The notes below the pieces were generated by a model. It was given only the letters and a program-made list of their open reading frames with translations. It ran no database searches and was not told where the DNA came from. The position numbers were made by a program, and so were the translations under genes. A DNA stretch of 63,718 nucleotides, counting the filler, from Octopus bimaculoides (Eukaryota), in NCBI RefSeq assembly GCF_001194135.2. It is 7 parts of 7 records of this genome, joined end to end, with 100 filler letters (N's around TTAATTAATTAA, not from the genome) between each part and the next. Parts side by side here need not be neighbours in the genome. Positions count along the whole stretch, not along the records: positions 61,618 to 63,718 come from NW_026381536.1; 6 more parts are not named here. One strand, written 5' to 3'. Below are positions 62,005-63,718 of the stretch, in pieces. The first letter of the stretch is position 1; the number at the start of each line of letters is the position of its first letter.

Positions 62005-63144
62005 NNNNNNNNNNNNNNNNNNNNNNNNNNNNNNNNNNNNNNNNNNNNNNNNNNNNNNNNNNNNNNNNNNNNNNNNNNNNNNNNNNNNNNNNNNNNNNNN
62101 NNNNNNNNNNNNNNNNNNNNNNNNNNNNNNNNNNNNNNNNNNNNNNNNNNNNNNNNNNNNNNNNNNNNNNNNNNNNNNNNNNNNNNNNNNNNNNNNNNNN
62201 NNNNNNNNNNNNNNNNNNNNNNNNNNNNNNNNNNNNNNNNNNNNNNNNNNNNNNNNNNNNNNNNNNNNNNNNNNNNNNNNNNNNNNNNNNNNNNNNNNNN
62301 NNNNNNNNNNNNNNNNNNNNNNNNNNNNNNNNNNNNNNNNNNNNNNNNNNNNNNNNNNNNNNNNNNNNNNNNNNNNNNNNNNNNNNNNNNNNNNNNNNNN
62401 NNNNNNNNNNNNNNNNNNNNNNNNNNNNNNNNNNNNNNNNNNNNNNNNNNNNNNNNNNNNNNNNNNNNNNNNNNNNNNNNNNNNNNNNNNNNNNNNNNNN
62501 NNNNNNNNNNNNNNNNNNNNNNNNNNNNNNNNNNNNNNNNNNNNNNNNNNNNNNNNNNNNNNNNNNNNNNNNNNNNNNNNNNNNNNNNNNNNNNNNNNNN
62601 NNNNNNNNNNNNNNNNNNNNNNNNNNNNNNNNNNNNNNNNNNNNNNNNNNNNNNNNNNNNNNNNNNNNNNNNNNNNNNNNNNNNNNNNNNNNNNNNNNNN
62701 NNNNNNNNNNNNNNNNNNNNNNNNNNNNNNNNNNNNNNNNNNNNNNNNNNNNNNNNNNNNNNNNNNNNNNNNNNNNNNNNNNNNNNNNNNNNNNNNNNNN
62801 NNNNNNNNNNNNNNNNNNNNNNNNNNNNNNNNNNNNNNNNNNNNNNNNNNNNNNNNNNNNNNNNNNNNNNNNNNNNNNNNNNNNNNNNNNNNNNNNNNNN
62901 NNNNNNNNNNNNNNNNNNNNNNNNNNNNNNNNNNNNNNNNNNNNNNNNNNNNNNNNNNGTGTGTGTGTTTGTGCGTGTGTGTGTATGTGCGTGTGTGTGT
63001 GAGTGCGTGTGTATGTGTGTGTGTGTATATGTATGTATGTATGCATGCATATACTGGTATATAGATTGAATATATTTACTTTTATATAGATTTTATATAT
63101 GATTGAATATGAATATGCCTGACCGTGTTATTTCTTTACTACCC

Positions 63145-63360
63145 ACAAGGGGCTACACACAGAGGGGACAAACAAGGACAGACAAACGGATTAAATATAT
63201 TATATCGACACCAGTGCATAACTGGTACATATTTACTCGACCCCGAAAGGATGAAAGGCAAAGTCGGCCTCGGCGGAATTTGAACTCGGAACGTAGCGGC
63301 AGGCGAAATACGGCTAAGCGTTTCGCCCGGCGTGCTAACGTTTCTGCCAGCTCGCCGCTT
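63145..63360 (-). mobile_element. Family-A SINE, near full length
   Basis: Reverse complement of GCGGCGAGCTGGCAGAAACGTTAGCACGCCGGGCGAAACGCTTAGCC...GAGTTCAAATTCCGCCGAGG. Confidence 0.92.
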
Positions 63361-63718
63361 TTATATGACTGACCGTGTGAATATGCCTGACCGTGTGTCG
63401 ATAAAACCAATCACACAGGAACTGCCATCGAAAAGTTGATTACGCTGTGGGTGCTCCAGCATGAGCTCAAGGCTTAAACTGAAACGCATATGTATATATA
63501 TAAGAGTAACAAATATACACATATATATGAATTTGTACATGTCAGCGTACATGTCTTCTGACATACACACACACACGCACACACACACAAACATAGGCAC
63601 GCACTCATGGACATACACACACTCACACACTCACACACACACTCACACACACACTCACACATACACAAATATATTTACATATATATGTATATACATATAT
63701 ACATATGTACGTATATAT

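Noticed and set aside
25236-63069. Long ORF-track entries full of X and YI/HT/CV repeats
   Set aside because: They are translations of N-gaps and microsatellites.

Overview
AT-rich eukaryotic genomic DNA, dense in microsatellites and N-gaps. The repeat families and overall style point to an octopus genome (inference, not searched). One host coding exon is recognisable, at 2960-4655 (+). It encodes a C2H2 zinc-finger protein with five N-terminal fingers and a C-terminal Ikaros/Hunchback-type dimerisation finger pair. The rest is transposon-derived: R4/Dong, RTE and CR1 LINE remnants, several Tc1/mariner elements, at least four tRNA-derived SINE families, and a decayed Penelope-like element (PLE). 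The most striking signal is not in the ORF track. Six unrelated sequence families carry type I hammerhead-ribozyme motifs. Four occur as head-to-head palindromes with one ribozyme on each arm, both pointing outward (19.4-20.1, 46.8-47.6, 49.0-49.6, 49.8-50.3 kb). A fifth flanks the PLE coding remnant (55.9-57.8 kb, with an inverted partial copy), and a sixth is solo (9.0 kb). All ribozyme calls are structural predictions folded by eye; none is shown to cleave. Six TTAATTAATTAA spacers inside N-runs look like artificial contig joins, so long-range adjacency is uncertain. Repeat boundaries are approximate to roughly 10-20 bp unless stated otherwise.
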